The notes beneath the pieces were generated by a model. The model ran no database searches and had not been told where the DNA came from. It saw nothing but the letters and a program-made list of their open reading frames with translations. Positions 25,235 to 37,541 of a stretch of 64,000 nucleotides of DNA are shown piece by piece. The stretch is from Octopus sinensis (Eukaryota): assembly GCF_006345805.1 (NCBI RefSeq), contig NC_043000.1, forward strand, positions 92,504,001 to 92,568,000. The letters are read 5' to 3'. Positions within the stretch are counted from its first letter, which is position 1. Each line of letters opens with the position of its first letter. Both the position numbers and the translations under genes were made by a program.

Positions 25235-25699
25235 AGCTAGATGAATATGTCAGTAAGGAATCGTATAGCTGGATGCTCTTCCTGTTGCTAACTTGTACCA
25301 GTTTTTTCAGCTAAGGGAACACATATTTTACATATGTTTTGAGGGCATAAAGCCTTTGGAAGATTTGTTGACAAGAGAAATAGCAACAACATCACTGCTT
25401 ACTGCTCCCAATATTCAGAGAATATACAAACAAGCATACAGACACACACATATACCTATCACACATACTCTCACATACCAACAATCCATCAGCAGCAGCC
25501 TCACAGATATCACTATGGTTTTGACACCTGGGTAGTACCATTCAATCCGGCGGTGTCAATAGCACTAAAATAAGTGTTGTTTGGGAACAAGCATACCTTA
25601 GATATTACCACATTCATTCAATCTTAATTCTAGGAAGGATTAAACACTAACATTGTTAATTAAATTACAACAAAGAAACACATTTATCCTGTATATCTT

Positions 25700-25863
25700 T
25701 TTTAGTTTGGTAGGAAGTTTGCTTTCCAACCACATGCTTCTGGGTTCAGTCCCTTTCAGTAACACCTTGGGTAAGTGTCTTGGGCTAACCAAAGCCTTGT
25801 GAGTGGATTTCATGGATGGAAACTGAGAGAAGCCTGTCATACATACATACATATATACACACG

Positions 25864-25907
<44 letters not shown>

Positions 25908-26600
25908 TGTGTGTATGTGTGTATGCATGTTTGTCTTTGTGTCTGTGTTTGTCCCCCATCACTGCTTGACAACCAGTGTTGGTGTGTTTATGCCACTGTA
26001 ACTTAGCAATTTGGCAAAAGAGATCAATAGAATAAGTACTAGGCTTAAAAAATAAGTCCTGGGGTCAATTTGCTCAACTAAAACTCTTCAAGGCAGTGCT
26101 CCAGCATGGCCACAGTCAACTGACTGAAACAAATAAAAAAATATAAAAAAACAACTGAATATCACTTGATTCAAACTTTAGACTGCGGCCATGCTGGGGC
26201 ACCATCTTGAAAAATTTTTAGTTAAAAGAATCAAACCCAGTACTTATTTTTTGTAATGCCTGGTACTTATTCTATTGGCCTATTTTGCTGAACTGCTAAG
26301 TTACACAGATGTAAATGCACCAACACTAGTTGTCAAGCAGTGGTGGGGTACAAACACAGGCACCAAGACACACACACACTATGGGCTTCTTTCAGTTTCC
26401 ATCTACCAAATCCACAGAAAAGGCTTTGATTGGCTCGAGGCTATGGTAGAAGATACTTGCCCAAAGTGCCATGCAGTGGGACTGAATCCAGAACCATGTG
26501 GTTGGGAAGCAAGCTTCTTACCACACAGCCATGCCAAAGGTACCACACACTGTAATTGAACCCAGAATGATATGTTTGGGAAGCAAACTTCTTAACCACA
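25700..26600. mobile_element. Two family B SINEs in opposite orientation (25700-26140 +, 26180-26600 -)
   Basis: Tail-to-tail copies of the family B consensus. Confidence 0.8.
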
Positions 26601-27168
26601 CAGCTAAGTCAGCTTCTTTGAGCTTATTCCGGTGCTACATTATGCTCAAAACTCTTCTTTTCTATCAAATTCACAATTTTTGTGTCCGTTTGCTGGTCAA
26701 AATATAACAATAGACAGGAACATCCTGTTCCCTGAGCTTTTGTTCTCTGTGTATTATAAATCCCTTTCCATCAACTTCCTGTTATTAGCTACACTTGGCT
26801 CAGGGTCCTTATGTAAGAAATAAGTTAAAAAAGACAAAAAAACACGAAATTCCTTTCTTTTTCTTTTGCCTTTCCATTTTTCTTAACCCCCTTCAAAATC
26901 AAAGATCTGTTCAGTGTAACTGACTGAAAAGGAATTGTCCCTTTAAAAGCAACAGAACAACATTTTTCATTTTTTGCACATATGTGCACACATATATATG
27001 CATACACACGCATACACACACACACATGCATATATGTACATATGTATTTTATATGCATAATACGTATGTATACATACATATACATATATATATGTGTGTG
27101 TGTGTGTGCATGTGCGTATGTGTGTGTATAATATATATATAATACATATGTATACATACATACATTTA

Positions 27169-27210
<42 letters not shown>

Positions 27211-27234
27211 GATATACAAATATATGAATATATA

Positions 27235-27307
<73 letters not shown>

Positions 27308-28308
27308 GAGAGAAGGAGACAGATTGATGTTAATGCACACACACACACACATGCATGTACATGCATGCAATTATATTTTTTTGGCAGCTTTTCCTTGAGA
27401 AATTCTAAAATCTTATGACACAACTTCTTTTGGTTTTGGTGGAATAAAGAAAAGATCAAGGCAAGAGGCTTATTCCTTCGTTTTTTGTTTTTCTTCACAG
27501 TGGATAAGATTCCTTTATCAGGATATGCTTGTTCTGAGGACAATGACGGTGATGAGGATGGTGGTGGTTATGGTGATGGCAATGATGGCAGTGGTGGTGA
27601 TGGTGGTGATGGTGGTGGCGATGGCGATGATAATGGTGGTGATAGTGTTAGTGGTGGTGATGGTGGTGGTGATGGTGGTGATGATGGTGATGGTGGTGAT
27701 GGTGGTGATGATGATGGTGATGGTGGTGGTGATGATAATGGTGGTGATAGTGTTAGTGGTGGTGATGGTGGTGGTGATGGTGGTGATGATGATGATGGTG
27801 ATGGTGGTGGTGGTGATGATAATGGTGGTGAAGATGGTGGTGGTGGTGGTGGTAATGATGATGGTGGCTATGGTGATGATGATGATGGGGGTGGTGGTTA
27901 TGGTGGTGATGAAGAGGATGATGATGTTGATGGTGGTGGTAGCAGTGGTGGTGGTGACGACTATGATGATGACAATGATGTGAACAGTGGAAGAATTTGT
28001 TGAGCACCAGAGTAAAAAGCATTCTTTCTGGTATTAAGTTATGTCCGTTTACATTCTGGGTTCAAGTAGCACTGACAGTGATTTAAATGCTTCTCTCATC
28101 CAGGGCTGATAAAATATATACCAATCTGTTAGTGGAAATCAGTTCAATGGAAGACACACTTGTCAAATTCTTGACTTTTTGCTAAACTTTTTCGTACTTG
28201 GTTTTCCAAAGATGTATTTTATGTCTTTGAGGTAAGGGCACTCAAAAACTAACTGTTAATACATAATATTTTACCATAGTTGCTAATGTTGTTATCATCA
28301 TCACTATT

Positions 28309-28722
28309 GTAACACCCCCACCACCCCGCCCTGACCCTAGCCACATTCAGATGGCTGATCCCTCTTATATTATAGAGCAGTTACTGTTTATATCTCGCCC
28401 AGAGATTTATTATTGTATTCGAACAGATTTTCTACGCCAGTGACTGTGGTTACTGTGAAAATCTATATATCCAGCCTGTAGAGGAAGTCCCTCAACGAAG
28501 AGCGGTGCTTACCATACGTTGACAAGAGGCAATAACCTCGAAACCGGTCCGTGTGTAGTATCCGTATCTTCGGGGAGGCTGATCTCCCTTTGCAGGCTGG
28601 CAAGGACATCGAGATGGTGTCAGCTCTTCTGGTGACGTCGATGTTCGCCTGGGGCTAAATGCATCAGTAACACCCCCACCACCCCGCCCTGACCCTAGCC
28701 ACATTCAGATGGCTGATCCCTC
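28309..28722 (+). mobile_element. 358-bp hammerhead-bearing unit bounded by 56-bp direct repeats
   Basis: gtaacacccccaccaccccgccctgaccctagccacattcagatggctgatccctc occurs at 28309-28364 and 28667-28722. The interior is CpG-rich and contains the HHR at 28502-28565. Confidence 0.75.
28502..28565 (+). ncRNA. Type I hammerhead ribozyme, U3-A8 core variant
   Basis: CATACG TTGACAA GAGG CAATAA CCTC GAAAC CG GTC CGTGTG. Stem II is GAGG/CCTC, stem III is the palindrome ACCGGT, the triplet is GUC and stem I is 6 bp and extendable. Confidence 0.75.
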
Positions 28723-30598
28723 GGATATATAGTAGTTACGGACCAAACATGGTGGTCAGGAGAATGACAAATTCTGGTTGTAGAAGTCTTGGGACCTAGT
28801 GTATTGTAAATCAGAGTTGTTGAGCAGCTTATCTAGTTCTTCGTAACGTATTAAGTGGTCATCTTGTACATACTTACCCGCATGGATACATACACTCATA
28901 TACACGCGCACATATACGCACGCATACGCAGCTACACGCATACAAGCATACATACGCACTCACGTGTAAACATATACAGATATATATGGAAAAAGGCGCA
29001 TGTAGTTGGGTACACGAACCGACGCGCACACGTACGTACATACATACACTCTCTCGTTTACTTATCTATGTATCCGCTTTATGATTATACGTGTGTCTGT
29101 GTATGTATGTATACATGTGTATGCGTATGTATGAGTAAATATCTGTGTCTAGATGTGTACCCCCCAGTTATACTTCTTTAATAATTTTTTTACATGCTTT
29201 TGTAGATTTCTTATATACATATTTTTACACATATTTTTATACATCTTTTAATATCTTATATCTATACCTATATGTGTGTGTGTCTGTGTATGTGTATGTA
29301 AGTGTATGTGTACACGCACGTATAGACACACAGATGTGTGTGCGTGTGCGTGTAGACACGTGTGCGTGGGTCCGTTTCTTTACATGCGTTTGTAGATTTC
29401 TTATATACATTTGTTATACATCTTTTAATATCTTATATCTATACCTATATGTGTGGGTGTATGTGTATGTAAGTGTATGCGCACACGCACGTATAGACAC
29501 ACAGATGTGTGTGTGTGTGCGTGTGGATACGTGCGCGTGGGTCCGTGTGTATGTATGTATGCGTGTATGTATGCACACGTGGGTGTGCATGTATGCACAC
29601 CTATATATATGTGCGTGTGCGGGTATGGGTGTGTGTATATGTGTGTGTATGTATATGTGTATATATGTATATGTATATATGTGCATATATATGTATGCAT
29701 ATGTGTGTGTGTATATATATATGCGTATGTGTGGGTGTGTATATATATATGTACATGTATATTGTCCGTGTATATATATGCATATTCTGTTGTGTGTATA
29801 TATATATGCGTATGTGTGGGTGTGTATATATATATATGTACATGTATATTGTCCGTGTATATATATGCATATTCTGTTGTGCGTATATATATATATATGC
29901 GTATGTGTGTGTGTGTGTATGTGTATATGTATATGTATATTGTCCGTGTATATATATGCATATTCTGTTAAAATCTTTTGCCCGCAAGTTTCTTACGTTC
30001 ATGTCTTCCTAATGTACCCACTATGACTCCGTATCTTGCCCGCGTGCAAGAACGGATCCTTTTGTTATACCTGTGTCTGTGCATATGCATACCTTTGTGT
30101 ATAGGCATAGGGATCTACTGCCCCATGTGCGTGGGGGTGGACGCGAGTGCAGGTGTATACATATTCCTGCCCACACGCATAGAGATTCACTTCGTCTTGT
30201 AAATGCGTGTAAGTGCGAGTGTGCCTATATGAACGCATGAGAGTGTATGTATGTACGTACGTGTGCGCGTCGGTTCGTGTACCCAACTACATGCGCCTTT
30301 TTCCATATATATCTGTATATGTTTACACGTGAGTGCGTATGTATGCTTGTATGCGTGTAGCTGCGTATGCGTGCGTATATGTGCGCGTGTATATGAGTGT
30401 ATGTATCCATGCGGGTACGTATGTACAAGATGACCACTTAATACGTTACGAAGAACTAGATAAGCTGCTCAACAACTCTGATTTACAATACACTAGGTCC
30501 CCAGACGCCCCGGTTGATTTATGACACCCAAGACTTCTACAACCAGAATTTGTCATTCTCCTGACCACCATGTTTGGTCCGTAACTACTATATATCCC
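28723..30598. repeat. Long inverted repeat (arms 28723-29052 and 30239-30598) around ~1.2 kb of TG/TA-rich spacer
   Basis: The left arm is the reverse complement of the right arm except for a ~30-bp insertion near 30500-30530. The spacer has ~87-91-bp tandem units (tgtccgtg at 29763, 29850, 29941). Confidence 0.85.
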
Positions 30599-31039
30599 TT
30601 ATCCTTATATTCTTTTACATTTTTTATTATTTTTATAACTTTATACCTCTATATTCATTTATATTGTTTTATATTTTTTACATCTCTTTATATCTTTATA
30701 CTGTACATTTTTATATTTTTCTATACTTACACTTTTTATATATTTTTTATCCTTCGTCCTGAATTCTCGCCCTCCCCCTCATCTTTATCTCTATTTACTC
30801 TTATTACCAGGTTCCTTCACGTCTGTCTGTATTTATATATTTATATATGTATATATTTATTTATTAATTTATTTATATTACTTCAACATCCAAACTTCCT
30901 CATTCTACATTGAGAGAAGAACGAGATGGACGCTTCATTTTTATGCTGTTGCCGCATTATGTCGTACGCGAATGAGAGGATTTGCATCCCCAACCAAGAA
31001 TTTTTGATGTAATACATGTCCTTGTGGAAGTAGTTGTGC

Positions 31040-31117
31040 GCGGCTGAAGAAGGCCACAGACACACATTATGCATTGTTATAAATCCGTCTAATAAAGGCC
31101 CGAAACATATGTACCGC
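31040..31117 (+). ncRNA. Type I hammerhead ribozyme motif with long stem II
   Basis: GCGG CTGAAGA A GGCC..AGAC..GTCT..GGCC C GAAAC ATAT GT A CCGC. Stem I is GCGG/CCGC, stem III is the palindrome ACATATGT and the triplet is GUA. Confidence 0.72.
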
Positions 31118-31233
31118 TGAATCCTTGGCATCATGTTTTTATTTTGATTAATTTACTCCACCACCTACACCACCAAACGGTATATACAGGTGCTTACAAT
31201 TATCAAGTACTCACCCCGAATTTCTGTACACAA

Positions 31234-31291
<58 letters not shown>

Positions 31292-32206
31292 TGTATGCGT
31301 GTATATTTGTGTGTGTGTGTAATTGTTTCTCCTTAAATTTGTTGGTTTCAAAAGTCTGTTCAATCAGGACTGACCTAGGGTTAAACAGCCACTGTTACGT
31401 TACTCTGTAACACTACCGAAAGACAGTCACACCTCGATATTTGATCTCTCTCTAAATATTACATAAAACTGTTTACAACCACCATCAACAACAACAACTT
31501 TGATCAATAACAGTAACAACCACGATAACAACAACAACAACAACAACAACAATATATCTATAACTGATAAATAAATTGGTTGGACGAAAGATTAATTAAA
31601 TGACTTTTGATATCTTTTTTTTACATATTAGTTGCTTTTAGCATTGTTGTTGTTATTGTTGGTCTGCTTGTTGTTTTCCATTTTTTCCTCCTTTAAATTG
31701 ATTTCCTGATGGTGATGTTGGTAGTGGTGATAGTAGAAATAATAATGGTAGTGGTGATGCCAGTGGTGGTGGCAAATTTGGTGGTCTCTCCTTTTTCTTT
31801 AAATTTGTTTATTGTTACTTGTAATATCATCATCAGCATCATCATCACTATTCCTATCAACAGCAGCAGCAGCAGCAATAACAACAATAACAATCTCTTC
31901 ACTACCACCTTCTTCTCCTTCTTTTCCTTCTTCTTCCACCAAAAACTGGTTTGCCTCTGGCAAAGTTAAGTACATTTGGGAGATGGAAATCTAAGCAAAT
32001 TATAACCCGAAGGACATGTTTTAAACCTTTTGAATGTTATGGTTAAAGAAGAAATAACAGACGAAAACAGTTTCGAACAGAGGAGTGTTTTGTTTGTTAA
32101 CCCTTTCAGAACTGTTCCATGGTGAAAATAAGCAACAGGATATATATTTTATGTTGAGAGAATCACGTGGAATACAAATTATTTATTCATCTGTTTATTT
32201 ATTTAG

Positions 32207-32263
32207 ATGTTGATATAGTTGGTTGTGATAGCATGAAGAATTTCCACCCATTGAAAGACAAAT
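32207..32263 (+). CDS. Weak candidate exon (VDIVGCDSMKNFHPLKDK)
   Basis: tttatttatttag|...|gtaaga, 57 nt, symmetric phase 1. No recognised homology. Confidence 0.15.
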
Positions 32264-34329
32264 GTAAGATAGTGAGATATCGCAATACATTTTACTTCAG
32301 GGATAACCAGAAATGCTTAAACACCACAAACAAAATGACAACAGTCAACCAATATTTATATCTTCTCATAGAGCCTGACAGAAGTATAGCAAATTTTATA
32401 CAAAATACCACATCAACCATTTTATATACAACTTATTGGGACTGTAATTTTATTTATCAGAGCAGAACCAATTTCACCACAGGCTGATGGAAGATAATTA
32501 CTGATGTAGTGAGGCTTCTGCTGAGTTCTGAGCCATAACTCTTAAATCCGAGTTTAGGATTGCCATCTAACTATATTGCCATAAAAGACGAAACCAGCTA
32601 TGTGGAATTAACTATGGTATTAATGAATATATGAACATGATTTGACTAATCAAATCAGTTGGTGTGAGACCAGATAAATGATAGACTTGAAAGTAAGTTT
32701 TGAAAATTTTCCTACTAAATATTTCTGTCAAAGGTTCTAGAAGCTTGACTAAATGTTATAAAAAACAAGGATATTGAACTGCCAGACAAAAGAACTTTAG
32801 GTGCTGCACAAAACTTTGTCAGTCTGTTTGTCGACACTTACTACTTATTCTGTCTTTAATTACTATTAATGATTTTCATACACATAGCTAAAATATCACA
32901 ATCAGTTTCATATATGATGTCATATTCAAATAATTGCTGGACATATGTAAATGCAGACGTCCTGGGTAATAAATATGAAATGTATATAAATATTAGTGAG
33001 GCCATTACTGCCTTCACATGTAGCCATGTAATATTGTGTACAACCAATGATGAACTGATGACCAAACTTACTAAAATGGTAACCATGCTCATACTTGAAT
33101 CGCTAGCCCCTTATTGGGTTTGCCCAGTGAGGATGGTGTATAGGCTCCTAGCAAGAGCAGCATAAAAAAATAAGACAAAGTCTGTCAAAAGCAATTGAAA
33201 TATGTGAGCGTCAGTGGCATAGATATTCTGAAGAGGAGATAGGTTTCAAAAAGGCGCTCCACAAGGCTTACCTAACCAAATTAACTACTTGAATGGAACT
33301 ATTACCAATATTCATCTAAGTAACACATTGGTTGTGGCATACACAGTCCAAGACCTTGAGTGGAAAGAAAATACTGGCAAAAAATTTCAGGCATCCCAGT
33401 GCCAGAAATGATATGGGAACTGATGAAATAGAACAAGTTGTAGCTTAAAGAATAAAGTAGAGTGTTTTGGAGATTGAAAAACATTTGATCTGTTCCAAAC
33501 ATTATATCATGATACTATAAATAAATAAATAAATGCGCCCTTTTAAAGCCTAGCCAGGCTCATGGGCCCGGTTTCCCAGTTCTATGGCGTATGTGTTCCC
33601 CAGCTGGATGGGATGCCAGTCCATCGCAGTGTTACTCATTTTTGCCAGCTGAGTGGACTGGAGCAACGTGAAATGAAGTGTTTTGCTCAAGAACACAACG
33701 CGTCGCCCAGTCCAGGAATTGAACCCACAATCTTACGATCATGATGCTGAGACCCTAACCACTAAGCTGCATGCCTCCACTCATGATACTATACTACTTC
33801 ATAATACTAATGATTATCTTTTATTTGTTTCTGTCATTAGACTGCAGACATGCCGCACTATGTTGCAGAATTTTAATTGAGTAATTTGACCTCAGCACTT
33901 ACTTTTTTGTTCTATCAGTCTCTTTTGCTGAATTGCTAGGCAGTGGTGGTGTAAACACACCAACACTGGTTGTCAAGCAGTGATGTAGAACAAACACAGA
34001 CAGAAAGACACACAGAACCCACACCCGACCTTTGCTTTCTCCACTCTCGCCTCCCCTGCCTCCCAACACCATCACACCACACCACACAACACATTACATC
34101 ACAACACACCCCCATGCACATACTAGCACTAACCACTTCCCAACCCCACATCACACCTACACATACACACATACACATGTCAAGGTCACCAGCCCTCTTC
34201 CACATGCACATACACACTCTCTTATACACACGCACACACACACCTTCGTTTTGAGATCACCACTACTTTATCATCTCCCCTTCTTCCTAGCTCACCGGTG
34301 TGACCCTTCTGTCCAGCATTCGCCATGAT

Positions 34330-34515
34330 TGATCGCTAGCCACTACACATTCTTTATTTTCTCTCCTTGTTTCTTTCTGTGTTCCTTTCTGTGGAAGAGC
34401 GTAAGCTCGAAACAGTAAAGACTTTTCCACTTCTTGAGCGTTATATTATTACATATGTTTGTTGTCTACACCACCTGTCTTCATCTTTTGTTTTTTTGTG
34501 AATTCTCCCTATATA
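34330..34515 (+). mobile_element. PLE-like terminal-repeat remnant with hammerhead-like variant (core CUGUGGA)
   Basis: TTT CTGTGGA A GAGC GTAA GCTC GAAAC A GT A AAG at 34386-34420. Same family as 1040-1222 and followed by a TA/CA microsatellite. Confidence 0.6.
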
Positions 34516-34824
34516 TCATACACACACACACACACACACACATACACACATATGTGCACACACAAGTGCAAAACAAAATGGAAAAAATAGTACTCGAATA
34601 CCAAAGGTAGAATAATATACTTTTTATTAAAGATACAAAAATATTAAAGTACTGTTAATCAGCATTTGACATTCACCTTCGTCGGACAGTTGTGATAAAT
34701 ATTGAATTAAACTCATGATTGTACATGTAATATAAGATGATAATTTATTTTTGAAGGCAGAAATGTTGTTAGAACAGCAGAGATATTGGATAAATTACCC
34801 TTACAAAGTGGAAAAATTTCTCAA

Positions 34825-34896
34825 CAAACATGGGACTTGAACCTGCATCCTTTGAAGACTCCAGCCAAGTTGCTTTACCGTTAAACCCACTGACAA
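34825..34896 (-). pseudogene. Degenerate tRNA-like head (second copy of the 35417 family)
   Basis: Minus strand reads ..ggtaaagcaacttggctggagtcttcaaaggatgcaggttcaagtcccatg, which aligns with 35433-35482. Confidence 0.55.
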
Positions 34897-35134
34897 ATTA
34901 ATCTGCAATTTTAGATGCTATAAAGTTTAATGTACAACTACGTTTTATCCTTTCATTCTTTCACTTGTTTCAGTCTTTTGACCGTGGCCATGCTGCAGCA
35001 CTGCTTCTAGTTGAACAAATCAACCCTAGGACTTATTCTATCGATTGATTTGTTGAACCACTAAGTTATGGGGACATTAACACACCAACATCAGTTGTCA
35101 AACGATGTTGGCATTACAAACACAGACACACTAA

Positions 35135-35170
<36 letters not shown>

Positions 35171-35416
35171 ACTTCTTTCAGTTTCCATATACCATATCCA
35201 CACACAAAGCTTTAGTCAACCTGAGGTTATAATAGAAGACACTTGCCCAAGGTGCCACACAGTAGGACAGAACCCAGAACCATGCGGGTGGGAAGTAAGC
35301 TTCTTACCACACAGCCACTCCTGTACCTGTATATAAATATAAACAAACTAGCATTTGTTTTTATAAGCATCGAAATGTGTATTATAAGATACAAATAAGA
35401 TATTTATTTGTCAGCA

Positions 35417-35489
35417 GGCAGTTTAGCTCAGTGGTAAAGCACTTGACCAGAGTCTTTAAGGAATGTGGGTTCGAGTCCCATGGCTGTTT
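35417..35489 (+). pseudogene. tRNA-like sequence with intact Pol III boxes A and B (pseudo-tRNA or SINE head)
   Basis: Folds as a cloverleaf: acceptor GGCAGTT/GGCTGTT (wobble-rich), D-arm, CTTGA/TTAAG stem with a non-canonical 9-nt loop, T-arm GTGGG-TTCGAGT-CCCAT. Box A is TAGCTCAGTGG and box B is GGTTCGAGTCC. Confidence 0.7.
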
Positions 35490-36887
35490 GTTGACAAACA
35501 ATTTACAACACACATTTCTATGCTTATAAAAGAACAAATATTAGTTTGTTTATATCTATATGCACATGGATGTAATATAATGTTATGTGATGTAATTACA
35601 AATAGACAAATAAGCATATGTGTGAGTGTGTGTGTATGTATGTGTGTGTGTGACAGGCTTCTTTCAGTTTCCATATTCCAAATCCACTAACAATTTTTGG
35701 TCAACATGTGGCTATAATAGATGACACTTGCCTAGAGTGCCATGCAGTGGGACTGATCTCAGAACCACGTGGTTGGGAAGCAAACTTCTTACTGCACAGC
35801 CACACCTGCACCAATAGCAATTTTAAATAATTTACAATAATTATATTATGATAATAATATAATAATAAAATCATAATAATAATTATAATAATAAATTTGT
35901 TTTGCAAGATTCCTGATGTGAAATCGTGTGTAGAAACAGGTATTGTTATATTTCAGGATGGTGATATTTTTCTTGCCAAATAAACACACGCACAATATAT
36001 TCATTCTTCACTTGTTTGTTACTGTTCTTATTTTATTGCCGTTGTCTGGAAATCTTTTATTACACACCTATGACCTCTTCACAGACTTTCCACCCCATGT
36101 GTCTCCTCCTGTTCTGTTTGGTCTATTCTGTATTTCTATGTTGTGTATCATTATCTGCCACATAAAAAAAATAATATTTGCTATATTAAAATAATATATT
36201 TTGATATTCTTTATTCTTTTACTCTTTTACTTCTTTCAGTCATTTTGTCGTGGCCATGCTGGGGCACCACTTTGAAGAGTTTTTTTTTTAACAAGCAAAA
36301 CTAGGAGTTATTATTCTTTCAAGCCTAGTACTTATTGTATCGGTCTCTTTTGCTGAACTGCTACATTATGGGGACATAAATACATTACCACAGGTTGTCA
36401 AGCTGTGATAAGGGACAAACACAGACACAGAGATACACGCACACATACACATGCGCGCACACACACACGCACACTCACACACAAACACACACATAACAAA
36501 TTAAAAAGAGTGGTTTATTAGTAATTGGAACCTAAAGGCAAAATTAACAGAGTTTAACTCTTATCTTTAGCAAAAGCGGTGCTAGTCAATACCCTCTGTC
36601 ACTTTTGTGACCTATGTGTGTGTATATGTGTGTCTGTGTATATTTGTATATATATACATGTATATATACATGTATATATGTATATATACGTGTGTATATA
36701 TATATGCACATGTGTATATATATGTGTGTGTGTGTGTTTGTGTATGTGTGTGTGCGCCCGCATGTTTGTGCATATATCAGAAATGAGTTTAATGGTATAG
36801 CTGAAACATGTGTAGGTCCCATAAAGATGGTGTAAATAAATGTTAAATATATTATAGATGTGAAAAATCTCCATTCTCCTTATCATG

Positions 36888-36949
<62 letters not shown>

Positions 36950-37169
36950 GTGTATGTATGTATGTATGTATGTATATGTATATATGATGTGATTTTCTTT
37001 CAGTTTCCATCTACCAATTCTACTCACAAGGCTTTGGTCAGCCCAAGGCTATAGCAGAAGACACTTGCCCAAGGTGCCATGCAGTGGGACTGAACCTGGA
37101 ACCATGTGGTTTGGAAGCAAGCTCCTTATTACACAACCACACCTGTATATATATATTTTTTATATTCTT

Positions 37170-37510
37170 TTATTCTTTTATTTTTTCAGTCATTTGACTG
37201 TGGCCATGCTCGAGCACCGCCTTTAGTCGAACAAATCGGCCCCAGGACTTATACTTTGTAAGCCTAACACTTATTGCAACCTTCTCTTTTGCTGATGGGG
37301 ATGTAAACACACCAACATCGGTTGTGAAGCAATAGTGAGGGGACAAACACTGATACACTAATATATACCAAAACCACTCACAAAGCTTTGATTGGCCCAA
37401 GTCTATAGTAGAGGACACTCACCCAAGGTGACATGCAGTGGGACTGAACCCAGAACCATGTGGTTGGTAAGCAAACTACTTACCACATACCACACAGCCG
37501 CTCCTGCACC
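37170..37510 (-). mobile_element. Family B SINE (reverse). Further copies near 15065, 18560, 22930, 33850, 34965, 35650, 36225, 36990, 41060, 46510, 49745 and 63565
   Basis: tttcagtcatttgactgtggccatgctcgagcaccgcctttagtcgaacaaatc... is the reverse complement of the family B tail. Confidence 0.8.
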
Positions 37511-37541
37511 TCTGTGAATAGAATCTTCATAAGTATCTTAT

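Noticed and set aside
27485-28003. 172-aa Gly/Asp-rich ORF behind a good-looking splice acceptor
   Set aside because: It is a degenerate (GGT/GAT)n microsatellite that is open in several frames on both strands, with no downstream donor or non-repetitive domain.
30550-30590. CTGACCA-CCATGTTTGGTCC-GTAAC as a hammerhead in the inverted arms
   Set aside because: G8 and A13 are both non-canonical without compensation, and there is no stem III or stem I pairing.
32856-33165. ORFs of 78 and 98 aa on opposite strands
   Set aside because: No recognisable motif or consistent splice context, and the lengths are expected by chance.
35417-35489. Functional tRNA gene
   Set aside because: It has a 9-nt anticodon loop, four G-U pairs in the acceptor stem and a D-stem mismatch, and belongs to a repeat family.
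35905-35945. CTGATGTG...GAAACAGGT hammerhead-like string
   Set aside because: The core is broken and stem I does not pair.
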